A DNA stretch of 64,000 nucleotides from positions 55,304,001 through 55,368,000 of the forward strand of contig OZ076410.1 in NCBI GenBank assembly GCA_964187785.1. The letters run 5' to 3'. The notes below the pieces were generated by a model. It saw only the letters and a list, made by a program, of their open reading frames with translations, was not told the DNA's origin and did not search any database. This document shows, piece by piece, positions 46,825 through 56,737 of the stretch (its first letter is position 1; every line of letters begins with the position of its first letter). The DNA is from Amphiscolops sp. MND2022. Lineage: Eukaryota. The position numbers and the translations under genes were made by a program.

Positions 46825-48456
46825 TGTCGCAGGCTCCCGCCTGCGATGGGAACTTTTACACCATCAATTACAGCTGTTTTCGCGCCCTCCCAGGTACTCT
46901 GCCAATAAACTAGAGGAAAGGACCATGTGTCCCATTGTCATGACGGGACAAAAACTTCAAACTGAATTTGTAATATTTTTACGGCATGTCTATTATTCTA
47001 TTTCCAGTTTTGACAGCCTTATATATAAAATCTTGTGCAAATTATTAATCGGAAATACCATTTGGTTAGTTGAAAACTACGAAGTTGATTTTGATACACC
47101 GATGCATGTAAACACTGTATGTTTAATGTATTAGCTAAGAAATTGGACACCAAGGCGTACAGGAAAGGAAACGAGTTCAAATGTTTCCTCTCCTGTCTCG
47201 CTGGACACGCAGTCCGTCCAAATTCTTAGCCAATCAGAACACGCCATTCATTTCATTCACTGTGCGCAGTATTCTAAATTAAAGGACTCTAAGGCCACGC
47301 GCCGTCAGCTAGTAGTAATTTGCTGCCTATTCACGGCAAATGGACACTGAGTCCAAATTAAAGTAAAGTGCAATTTACAGTGGTAAATAAGGGCTATGAT
47401 TGGTGTTTCTAATAAATACTCGTTTTGATGAAGATTACTGGACCATTTGTACCATTTGATGCTAGATATTAATAATTTACATGAATACTCAGATTAATGA
47501 GTTGGTACATGTAAGTTATGGTTGATCAAATGTAATTGCATGTAATGTTGCTTAACCTCACATATGAAAGGCCTTGAGGGATGCTTGGACCTACAATCCT
47601 TCTATATATGGAATTGTTGAAGGCGCTTGAATAAATCACCCCTTTTGAAGTGACCCTTTCGTCATGCCGCCTTCATGGCTATAAATAGTAGGTGCTATTT
47701 TTAGATAGCTGTGAAGGCTATTTTTAGAACGTGACCCTCATTATTTTGCAAGTCATGTAAACCTGAGTATATATACCGTGGACCCTAGGTCCCAAGGACT
47801 TTTTCAATTTCCTTGATACTGTAATACTCAAACTTGTTAAAATCGTTTCAACATACTCTGTTTGCAAGCCTAAGAACTTAATTTAAATTCTTACCTCTTG
47901 CAATAAACTCTTATGCCTTCCACAAGAAGACAGAAAGCGAAAGCTAGAAAATCCAAAGAGATGGACATGTTGTCCGATATGGATAATTTAGACGTGATGA
48001 TAGGGAGTGAAAATCCTTTAGAAAGAGAGTTAGCAGATGTAATAGACCAATCTTCCATTAATGGTGACATAGAAATTGGTAGTCACTCAAGAAATGATCT
48101 TGGAAATTTCATTCAAGGAAATGAGCCTCATGGTCGAAACGACATAAGACAATCCTTTGAAACCTTTTCAAATGAATTTAATCTTAGGTTATCTCAAGAG
48201 ATGGATTCCATGATGGCCATGGTACATAGTCAGATAAATAGAGCAATCAGTACCGCCATATCAGAGAAGGTGTTACCTGAGATTCAGAATATTGTGAGTT
48301 CAATGTCTTCCTCTGGGAACAGGGACACTGAGATGAGTATGTCTCCTAGCAGTCAGGAAAATAGGGAAAATTCATCTGGCTTGAAAACAAAATTATTGAA
48401 AAAGGATTCACGGTCCGTTGGTGATTTGAGAGACACCACGGGACGTGGCTCTTACA
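46825..48456 (+). mobile_element. LTR of copy 1 (1632 bp)
   Basis: TGT...ACA termini. The start matches the post-PPT TG of the 26037 homolog, and the end abuts the PBS TGG. CCAATCAG ~47230, TATAAATA 47680, AATAAA 47902. Confidence 0.8.
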
Positions 48457-49595
48457 TGGTGACAGGAGCTAACGAAGCCCAACAGCCTATACCTGAATTT
48501 CTTACTGGACGAATCCACTCAATCCCGAACCTAGAGAGACAGCAATCTAACCACAATGTCTCTTTGGACACCACTCTGCCAGCGCCAGAACCAGAGGTCA
48601 CAGAGCCACCTCAGGACCCGCTCAATAGATTGGCTGATGTACTAGTCAATTTGCAAAACAAACCCCAAACGATGACTATCCGGCCTGTCCAAACAACCCC
48701 TATGACGTTTGACGGAAAGAGTGAGAAATTCGAACTCTTTGAAGATTTGTTCCACACAATGATCAAAATGCAACCGGCCATGACAGAGCAAATGAAAATT
48801 AACCATTTCCATTCACTGCTCAGGAAAGGAGCCTTGCAGACCTTCAGGAACATAAACTCAATTAACCGCCAAACACTCGAGGACGTGCTGATCATATTCC
48901 GGAGAAAATATGTCAAACCGGAATCCCAAGCAACGGCAAAACACAAATGGCATCGGCTGACTTTCGATCCGAATACCATGAAACTGCCGGATTTCTTAGA
49001 AGAACTGAACCAGGGGGCAGAAAAAGCTTTCGGTGAGAATGCAAAAAACATGATTGACAGCTTATTGTATGCAAAACTGCCTCCAAAATTAAAACGATCT
49101 GTCAATATGGCCCGCCTGGAGAACGGGACATATGAGGAAATCGTCGCTCATCTTGAAAGAGAGCTTGAACTCAACGCATTAGAAGAGTCAGACGATTTGC
49201 CAATCGCCACAATGGCCTCTGCGTCCACCAGTAACAACAATCTGCTCTCTAATGGCATAAATACTAATAAGAACGCACAATGCTCTTATTGTAAAGCCAC
49301 AGGCCACTTTTATAAGAGCTGCCCCAAATTGAAAAAGAAGAAAGAATTGGAGGACAAAAATGGCAAAAAGCCCCAACGTCCCACATACCCAGAATGTCCT
49401 ACTTGCGGAAAGAAAAATCACCCCGTTGAAAGATGCTGGAAAGGGGCTGGAGCACATCTACGTCCCAAAAGGACAAGACCCGAAGATAAAGCCGATGAAA
49501 ACTCCGGCGATGAAAAGTTGTCTAAAAAATCAACTAACCCCGAAACTGCATCTTCGAGCCAACCAAACCCACGAAAAACGGACTCAAAAAACTAA
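47913..49595 (+). CDS. gag: Gag, 560 aa, two CCHC knuckles
   Basis: CSYCKATGHFYKSC and CPTCGKKNHPVERC, plus a capsid-like central region. Confidence 0.96.
   Translation: MPSTRRQKAKARKSKEMDMLSDMDNLDVMIGSENPLERELADVIDQSSINGDIEIGSHSRNDLGNFIQGNEPHGRNDIRQSFETFSNEFNLRLSQEMDSMMAMVHSQINRAISTAISEKVLPEIQNIVSSMSSSGNRDTEMSMSPSSQENRENSSGLKTKLLKKDSRSVGDLRDTTGRGSYMVTGANEAQQPIPEFLTGRIHSIPNLERQQSNHNVSLDTTLPAPEPEVTEPPQDPLNRLADVLVNLQNKPQTMTIRPVQTTPMTFDGKSEKFELFEDLFHTMIKMQPAMTEQMKINHFHSLLRKGALQTFRNINSINRQTLEDVLIIFRRKYVKPESQATAKHKWHRLTFDPNTMKLPDFLEELNQGAEKAFGENAKNMIDSLLYAKLPPKLKRSVNMARLENGTYEEIVAHLERELELNALEESDDLPIATMASASTSNNNLLSNGINTNKNAQCSYCKATGHFYKSCPKLKKKKELEDKNGKKPQRPTYPECPTCGKKNHPVERCWKGAGAHLRPKRTRPEDKADENSGDEKLSKKSTNPETASSSQPNPRKTDSKN
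48457..48468 (+). promoter_or_regulatory. Primer binding site TGGTGACAGGAG (probably tRNA-Leu-like); copy 2 at 57282-57293
   Basis: TGG directly follows ...CTTACA. It differs by one base from TGGTGTCAGGAG, the complement of common animal tRNA-Leu 3' ends. Confidence 0.65.
49586..49592 (+). promoter_or_regulatory. -1 ribosomal frameshift heptamer A-AAA-AAC; copy 2 at 58411-58417
   Basis: A canonical X-XXY-YYZ site in the gag frame immediately before TAA. The -1 frame is open (KLISPRLQICNK) into the pol ORF. Confidence 0.85.
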
Positions 49596-52500
49596 TTTCG
49601 CCACGACTCCAAATATGTAACAAGATGTCAGTACGACAGTACGTCATATCTGACCCTGCAAACATTACATATAAACAAACTCAAAACGACACCACAGGGA
49701 TGCCATCGACTGTCTGGCAGCAGCAGATGGCCGACGCCCGCAGAGAAACTCAATATATCATCCACAGTGATCATCCATACTTATATCGACGGAACAGTAA
49801 CCGCAACGACTTGGAAACTCACTTTCGCCCTTTAAAAACTGTCGAAGATTATAACCCTCAATACTATGACCCCGAGTATGGCAAAGACCCATACTGGGAC
49901 GAAGAACTATATGACAAAACCAATTTACAATTTCGAAATGAAGATTACCCCCCAACTGACGACGAGGACGACCCAGACATTGAAGATAACACACTGTCTC
50001 GGGCCCTTATTGATCTTTGGCAGCCGAACTTTGAGGCAACTATACAAGAAGTAGACACCATACACACACAGGAGGACCACAAGGCTCCTAATAGTCTTTT
50101 AGACGAGACAGTCTTCTTACACCTCCTAGTGACCAACGAAGGAGAATTACCATACGTTCCCCTTTCAACAAACCTTGGACTTAAATTCAAACGACGAATG
50201 CTCTATTTCCCAATGGACTTTGGGGAATTAACTCTAGATGGCCTGATAGACACTGGAGCTCACTCCAGTGCAATCCCGGAGGCAGACCTCAGGAAAATAC
50301 GCCTATTGGCCCCTCAATCCATTGTAAAAGAAGGTCCTGCCCCATCTTTCCAAATAATGGTCGCAAATGGAGACTTAGAAAACCCAAAGAGCACAGTCGA
50401 ACTAAAATTCGAAGTGGGCGACATAGAATTTCACGAAATTTTCATTGTAATGGAAAAACTGTCAAGCCCCATAATTGGACTAATGTTCCTTCAAAGGAAC
50501 CACACTGTCCTGGATATGCGCCAAGGTATACTCAACTTCCCCTATTTTTCGATGCAACTCAAGACGGCTGACCATAAATACTCAAATGTTTTGGAACCCA
50601 TCCTCAATCCTGAGGATGTCACAATTCCGCCCAATGACCATGTGGTCATACCCATTCAATCACAAATTTACGCAGAAAATGCAGTTACGGGCATATTGCA
50701 ACCCAGCGATCTTCTGCACGAAGAAGGCGACATAACCTTCTGCGCCGCCATAGTCACACTACACGAAGGGGCTATGAGAATACACGTTAACAATTTCACT
50801 GATCAACCCTATAAAATAAAGAAAGGGATGCACATTGCAAACTTCTCAGTGATGACCCCTGAACAGATGAAACACGTCAGGCCAATAGACCCAGTGTCCA
50901 CCTGGCACTTACTGAATGAAAATGAAGACGACGCTATTTATTATATAAGTAGCCTTCTTAAAGCTAACAGAAATAATGACCAATACGAACAATATTGGTT
51001 CCCGACGCCTGAAAACCCAGGGGACGAAACGACCCACACCCCAATACAACAAAGAATTCTCAAAGAATTACGAAATCTGCAAAGTTTAGAACAACTCAAC
51101 CCGCACGACGATGCGGAATCTCGTCGAAAATTCCTCAGTAATTTTGATTGGAAGGATTCAATGTTACAACAACATGAAATCAGACAAATAGAAACTCTAT
51201 TAGTGGAATTCCATGACATCTTTGCGCGCCATAGATTTGACATTGGTGTCAATGAGGAATTTACGGTCAAACTGACCCCAAAAGACGAATCACCTGCCTA
51301 CAGTCAGAGCCTACCTACACCAGTCAACCTCAAAGAGGACATATTGGTCGAACTGGCGTTACTTCATAAATATGGTATTATAACGACATTACCATTCTCA
51401 AAGTATGCCAGTCCCATCTTCGCGCAGAAAAAGCCCAATGGGAAATTGAGACTGTTGGTTGATTTGAGGAAAATAAATAATCTCATCTCAGACGATTATA
51501 TCAACAACAATCACCCAGTCAGTACCCTGACGGATGCGGCGCAACATATGGCAGGCAAAAAGCTCTTTTGCAAACTTGACTGTTCTCAAGCTTATCATTG
51601 CCTTCCTATGGCAGACCAGAAGTCGATTGAAATGCTAGCATTTAACTTCGCCAGCAGGACATTTGCATATAGAAGATTAGCCCAAGGACTCAGTAGAGCC
51701 CTGTCGGCCTTCTCCAGTTTCATGAGGGAATACTTGGATCGTGTCATAAAAGCAGACCAATGTGCTCAATATGTGGACGATATTGGTGTTGCGGCGACAG
51801 ACGCCGACCAGCTTATCGTCAACTTAAGAGCAACTTTCCAATGTATCAGAGAAGCAGGATTGAAATTGTCCATGCACAAGTGCCATTTCGGCGCTACTGA
51901 AATTGACTTTCTTGGGAGAACCATTACACCTGAAGGCGTAAAACCCCAAAAAGAAAGAATCACTAACTTCTTGGAAAAGACGAAATTCCCAAAGTCCAAG
52001 AAGGCCTTACAACGCTACCTTGGTTTCCTCAATTACTACAGGAATTATATTCCAAGGCTATCCGAAAAACTAGTTCCCTTCTTCCAATTGCTCAAAAAGG
52101 ATGAAAAAGTACTAGTTACGCAAGAGCTAGTTGAACAATTTAATGAGATCAACCGCGATTTAGACCGATGTAGTCAATTGGCGTTGAAACAACCTCTGCC
52201 GAACAAACAACTGGTCCTTATGACTGACGCGAGTTTTACAGCAGCCGGTTACGCCATATTGACCGAAGACGACCCAAATCAGAAATACACTTCTGTTAAA
52301 AAGTCCTATGCGCCGATTGCATATGGATCCAAAACTTTCACGCCTTCTCAACTTAAAATGTCGATATATGCAAAGGAATTCCTAGCTATATATTATGCAT
52401 TTAAGGAGTTTGGACATATCTTCTGGGGAACACCTCAACCCGTGATTATCCTCACAGATAACAAATCGGTCACGAGGTTCTTCCAGACAAAGATAATTCC

Positions 52501-54202
52501 ACCGCCTCTCTGGAATGCTTGTGATTTTGTCATTCAATTCAACTTCATTATAGCTCACATTCCAGGCAAAAACAATACAGCGGCAGACTACTTGTCCCGC
52601 ATGGAAATGGACCCTACCGAAAAGTTGGTCCTGAAAATACGAGAGGACGTAGAAACTAGACCAATCGAAGTCAATGTCCAATCGGCCGGCGTATCAGAAG
52701 AAGAGCAAATTTTCTTCACTGAGGAGGACAATGAAACAGAAGAACAGATTTGGAAACGGAAACAACAATCCAAAAAAGGTCTCATAGTCCCTGAGACAGT
52801 AATCCAAATTGACGCTATATCAGAAAATACCGTCGAAGAGATTACTAATTTCACGCAGAAATTAAGAAGAACAAATCAGATACTGCTTGAACAGTCCAGA
52901 GACCCGATTCTCCTCCAATTGAAGGCGAAACTTCAAAAAGAAGAATACTCTGAAGAAATCCTTCAACAGGATATTCGGTACAAGTATTACTTGAACAACA
53001 TAGACCGAATAATCCTCAAAGACGAGATAGTGACACGGCAGTACTACGATGAAACCGGACAGGTCAAATATCATCAAATCTTATTGCCAAAGCATTTGCT
53101 CAAAGAATTATTACAAGCAATACATGGCACGGCACATCGACACCCGGGCATTTCTAAAATGCTACAAGAAATTCGCCAGAAATACTACTACCCCGGAATT
53201 GCTAAACACGTCAAAAAATGGGTAGAAGGCTGCGAAACATGTGCCAAGGACAAAAGAGTCCCCAACACGGTAATCACCCCAGAATTACTGAATTTACCTG
53301 AATGGGACCTAGGCCCAGAAGATGCCATGCAAATCGATTTATTGCCAAACTTACCAACTAGCGGTGGATACCAAACGGTGATGACGGCAATAGATGTATT
53401 TTCAAGATATTTATTCGCCTACCCACTAATTGAGGCAACAGCCGCAAACGTAGCCAAGGTGATAATTGACATCATGACGAAACATTCGTATTTGCCAACA
53501 ACACTCATCACGGACAAGGGATCCGCATTTACATCAAAAATTTTAGAAGAAATTACTGCAATACTGGGGATCACATTGAAGTGTGCCACTACTAAACATC
53601 CGCAAACTATTGGTAAACTCGAAAGGACACACGCCTCTTTAAAAACCAACCTAAAGATGGCCTCAGGGGAATACCGTCGTCAATGGCACAAATATTTACC
53701 ATTAGCTGTGCTCAACTATAACACTACTTATCACGCTAGTATTGGTTGTGAGCCTAGCAAAGTTTTTCATGGCCGCATTCCCTATAACGTCCTGGATCAC
53801 AAATTAGGGAATAATCCTAACAAAAATTTCCTACCGACGACTGAATTCGCGGAAGAATTACAGCAGAGGACGCAAATCCTCATTGATCAGACCAAAAAGA
53901 ATATTATGCAGTCGTATCTAAAGTACAAAGAATACTACGACCGCAAGGCCAAAGCGGCTCCGCTACAAGAGAAGGACTATTGTTTTGTTCTTCAACCAAA
54001 AGCGGATAGTCAAGGCTCTAAAATACCATTCAGGGACTTCCGTTGGATTGGTCCTTTTGTCGTTCAAAAAACTCTACCAAATAACAATTACATAGTGCGT
54101 CGTTTAAATACGAATAAAACGCAGATTTTGCACCGGGCTCAAAAAATTTGTCCCAAATGCTCCATTAGAGGACAAATACCAAGAAGAGAAATTACAGCCT
54201 GA
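49586..54202 (+). CDS. pol: Pol (PR-RT-RNase H-IN), expressed as Gag-Pol; first ATG 49625
   Basis: LIDTGA, QYVDD, LMTDAS/KEFLA/ILTDNK/ADYLSR, HGTAHRH..CETC, QIDLL/TDKGS/KLER, and WIGPF. Confidence 0.97.
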   Translation, partial: KKLISPRLQICNKMSVRQYVISDPANITYKQTQNDTTGMPSTVWQQQMADARRETQYIIHSDHPYLYRRNSNRNDLETHFRPLKTVEDYNPQYYDPEYGKDPYWDEELYDKTNLQFRNEDYPPTDDEDDPDIEDNTLSRALIDLWQPNFEATIQEVDTIHTQEDHKAPNSLLDETVFLHLLVTNEGELPYVPLSTNLGLKFKRRMLYFPMDFGELTLDGLIDTGAHSSAIPEADLRKIRLLAPQSIVKEGPAPSFQIMVANGDLENPKSTVELKFEVGDIEFHEIFIVMEKLSSPIIGLMFLQRNHTVLDMRQGILNFPYFSMQLKTADHKYSNVLEPILNPEDVTIPPNDHVVIPIQSQIYAENAVTGILQPSDLLHEEGDITFCAAIVTLHEGAMRIHVNNFTDQPYKIKKGMHIANFSVMTPEQMKHVRPIDPVSTWHLLNENEDDAIYYISSLLKANRNNDQYEQYWFPTPENPGDETTHTPIQQRILKELRNLQSLEQLNPHDDAESRRKFLSNFDWKDSMLQQHEIRQIETLLVEFHDIFARHRFDIGVNEEFTVKLTPKDESPAYSQSLPTPVNLKEDILVELALLHKYGIITTLPFSKYASPIFAQKKPNGKLRLLVDLRKINNLISDDYINNNHPVSTLTDAAQHMAGKKLFCKLDCSQAYHCLPMADQKSIEMLAFNFASRTFAYRRLAQGLSRALSAFSSFMREYLDRVIKADQCAQYVDDIGVAATDADQLIVNLRATFQCIREAGLKLSMHKCHFGATEIDFLGRTITPEGVKPQKERITNFLEKTKFPKSKKALQRYLGFLNYYRNYIPRLSEKLVPFFQLLKKDEKVLVTQELVEQFNEINRDLDRCSQLALKQPLPNKQLVLMTDASFTAAGYAILTEDDPNQKYTSVKKSYAPIAYGSKTFTPSQLKMSIYAKEFLAIYYAFKEFGHIFWGTPQPVIILTDNKSVTRFFQTKIIPPPLWNACDFVIQFNFIIAHIPGKNNTAADYLSRMEMDPTEKLVLKIREDVETRPIEVNVQSAGVSEEEQIFFTEEDNETEEQIWKRKQQSKKGLIVPETVIQIDAISENTVEEITNFTQKLRRTNQILLEQSRDPILLQLKAKLQKEEYSEEILQQDIRYKYYLNNIDRIILKDEIVTRQYYDETGQVKYHQILLPKHLLKELLQAIHGTAHRHPGISKMLQEIRQKYYYPGIAKHVKKWVEGCETCAKDKRVPNTVITPELLNLPEWDLGPEDAMQIDLLPNLPTSGGYQTVMTAIDVFSRYLFAYPLIEATAANVAKVIIDIMTKHSYLPTTLITDKGSAFTSKILEEITAILGITLKCATTKHPQTIGKLERTHASLKTNLKMASGEYRRQWHKYLPLAVLNYNTTYHASIGCEPSKVFHGRIPYNVLDHKLGNNPNKNFLPTTEFAEELQQRTQILIDQTKKNIMQSYLKYKEYYDRKAKAAPLQEKDYCFVLQPKADSQGSKIPFRDFRWIGPFVVQKTLPNNNYIVRRLNTNKTQILHRAQKICPKCSIRGQIPRREITA

Positions 54203-54785
54203 TGAAGAAATCGTAATACCGCAAGATGATTTGTATACCATTTCATGGGAAGCGGACTTTGAATACGAGCAATTCGAGCCGAAGAAAAATGATTGGCCAG
54301 ACACGGCCACGCGTCTGCCGCAAGACGCCACGAATGGTGGAGTCGACTATTACGTCACCGAGAATGAAAGCAGCAGAGTAAATGAAAGTGAATGCAGCAG
54401 CGAGAGAATGAATGAAAATGACGTCAACGAGAATGAAATAAGGCCGAGACCGGCTAGCAGCCGTGACGCGTCGTCCCTTCCACATGAATCGACTACTGGG
54501 GCGGAAAATGCAAATGACGTCAACGAGAATGAAATAAGGCCGAGACCGGCTGGCAGCCGTGACGCGTCGTCCCCACTGAGCGAAACGCCACGTGGGACGG
54601 CAAATCAAAATGACGTCACAAATGATTTAGAAAATGCGGAAATTGCTTCAAAAGGAGGCGTAGATATTACCGTGCCCGGAATATCGGAAAATGGAAAAGA
54701 TGAAGAAACTTCTAGCCCTAGAGGAGGGAAATATAATCTTCGACCCAACCCAACCCCCAACTTCACTGACGAATACAGATATTAA
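54140..54785 (+). pseudogene. pol: Integrase C-terminal tail, detached by a frameshift at ~54135
   Basis: The +1 frame gives LKKFVPNAPLEDKYQEE...TISWEADF...GGKYNLRPNP...YRY*. Contains a 62-bp direct repeat with period 96 (54416, 54512). Confidence 0.8.
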
Positions 54786-54961
54786 CTAGATATGTAAATT
54801 AACGTCCAGACAGCCTTTTAGGCTACTTGATTTTCTTACTATTTTTTCACTGGACTTCCCAACTGATACAAATGAAAACAAAAATCAAGAAATTTCAACA
54901 AACGAGATAATATGATAAATACAAGTTGACAGAATATGAAACAAATGTACTCTATGTACAT

Positions 54962-55645
54962 TTAGTCTTTAGAGCTCCCGGGCAACAGAGTATCACTGGC
55001 AGTGGGTGCTTTAGAAAAGGAGACAGCCCCAAACTTCACTCCTTTCTTATCTTTGATTGGACTGCGTTTACGCCGCTGACATCCAGTACTGGATACCGAT
55101 GACGAAGGTGACCGACTAGCAGAGCGAGGTTTATCTTTCAAAGCCTTCTGAGCAGAAATAAGAGTCTTAAGGAAATTGGCCTTGCCAAAGCTGTCAATGT
55201 GGACCCAGGGGTCACCTGCAACATTCCCACTGATGAATCTGGACTCAAGCTCGCGATATTTCTCCAAATAAGCCTCAGTTGTACATACAGCTACTGACCC
55301 AACCACGTTTGCTAAATAGGACTGAGCAGGAAGTAAGACACTGGACAATCGACAGCGAGGATCATTGCTATTTACGCCCTGGAACTTGATAGCTGGCAGC
55401 TTGGGAATCTGGGAAGTCAAGCAAAGACAACTCAACTGGAATAAATGGAACAAGTGCCGACGGGACCTCAACTCAGGCATGGGAGTCAGTAACCCAATCA
55501 TGTCAGTAAAAGTTTCTGGAACATCTTTAAAGTCGTGGTACTTGGTACGGAAGAAGTCCACGAACTCAAGGTACTCATCCCGGGCCTCAGTCTCTGGGGT
55601 ATTGGATATGGGTATGGTACGGAAGAAGTCCACGAACTCAAGGTA
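54962..55645 (-). CDS. C-terminal part of the antisense accessory protein, 5'-truncated at the dimer junction
   Basis: A 223-aa open frame convergent with pol. Similar to 22451-22945 (MPEL; LPAQSYL vs KPVLEYL). Confidence 0.75.
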   Translation of the reverse strand, partial: YLEFVDFFRTIPISNTPETEARDEYLEFVDFFRTKYHDFKDVPETFTDMIGLLTPMPELRSRRHLFHLFQLSCLCLTSQIPKLPAIKFQGVNSNDPRCRLSSVLLPAQSYLANVVGSVAVCTTEAYLEKYRELESRFISGNVAGDPWVHIDSFGKANFLKTLISAQKALKDKPRSASRSPSSSVSSTGCQRRKRSPIKDKKGVKFGAVSFSKAPTASDTLLPGSSKD

Positions 55646-56737
55646 CTAGTGTCGCAGGCTCCCGCCTGCGATGGGAACTTTTACACCATCAATTACAGCT
55701 GTTTTCGCGCCCTCCCAGGTACTCTGCCAATAAACTAGAGGAAAGGACCATGTGTCCCATTGTCATGACGGGACAAAAACTTCAAACTGAATTTGTAATA
55801 TTTTTACGGCATGTCTATTATTCTATTTCCAGTTTTGACAGCCTTATATATAAAATCTTGTGCAAATTATTAATCGGAAATACCATTTGGTTAGTTGAAA
55901 ACTACGAAGTTGATTTTGATACACCGATGCATGTAAACACTGTATGTTTAATGTATTAGCTAAGAAATTGGACACCAAGGCGTACAGGAAAGGAAACGAG
56001 TTCAAATGTTTCCTCTCCTGTCTCGCTGGACACGCAGTCCGTCCAAATTCTTAGCCAATCAGAACACGCCATTCATTTCATTCACTGTGCGCAGTATTCT
56101 AAATTAAAGGACTCTAAGGCCACGCGCCGTCAGCTAGTAGTAATTTGCTGCCTATTCACGGCAAATGGACACTGAGTCCAAATTAAAGTAAAGTGCAATT
56201 TACAGTGGTAAATAAGGGCTATGATTGGTGTTTCTAATAAATACTCGTTTTGATGAAGATTACTGGACCATTTGTACCATTTGATGCTAGATATTAATAA
56301 TTTACATGAATACTCAGATTAATGAGTTGGTACATGTAAGTTATGGTTGATCAAATGTAATTGCATGTAATGTTGCTTAACCTCACATATGAAAGGCCTT
56401 GAGGGATGCTTGGACCTACAATCCTTCTATATATGGAATTGTTGAAGGCGCTTGAATAAATCACCCCTTTTGAAGTGACCCTTTCGTCATGCCGCCTTCA
56501 TGGCTATAAATAGTAGGTGCTATTTTTAGATAGCTGTGAAGGCTATTTTTAGAACGTGACCCTCATTATTTTGCAAGTCATGTAAACCTGAGTATATATA
56601 CCGTGGACCCTAGGTCCCAAGGACTTTTTCAATTTCCTTGATACTGTAATACTCAAACTTGTTAAAATCGTTTCAACATACTCTGTTTGCAAGCCTAAGA
56701 ACTTAATTTAAATTCTTACCTCTTGCAATAAACTCTT

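Larger units (their letters stand above)
46825..55649 (+). mobile_element. Ty3/Gypsy element, copy 1 (LTR-gag-pol-antisense ORF, 3'-truncated)
   Basis: Intact gag and PR-RT-RH-IN domain order. Repeats with period 8825. Confidence 0.97.

Noticed and set aside
48611-54608. Many minus-strand and alternate-frame ORFs overlapping gag/pol (repeated in copy 2)
   Set aside because: Shadow ORFs of long coding sequence, with no motifs or independent signals.
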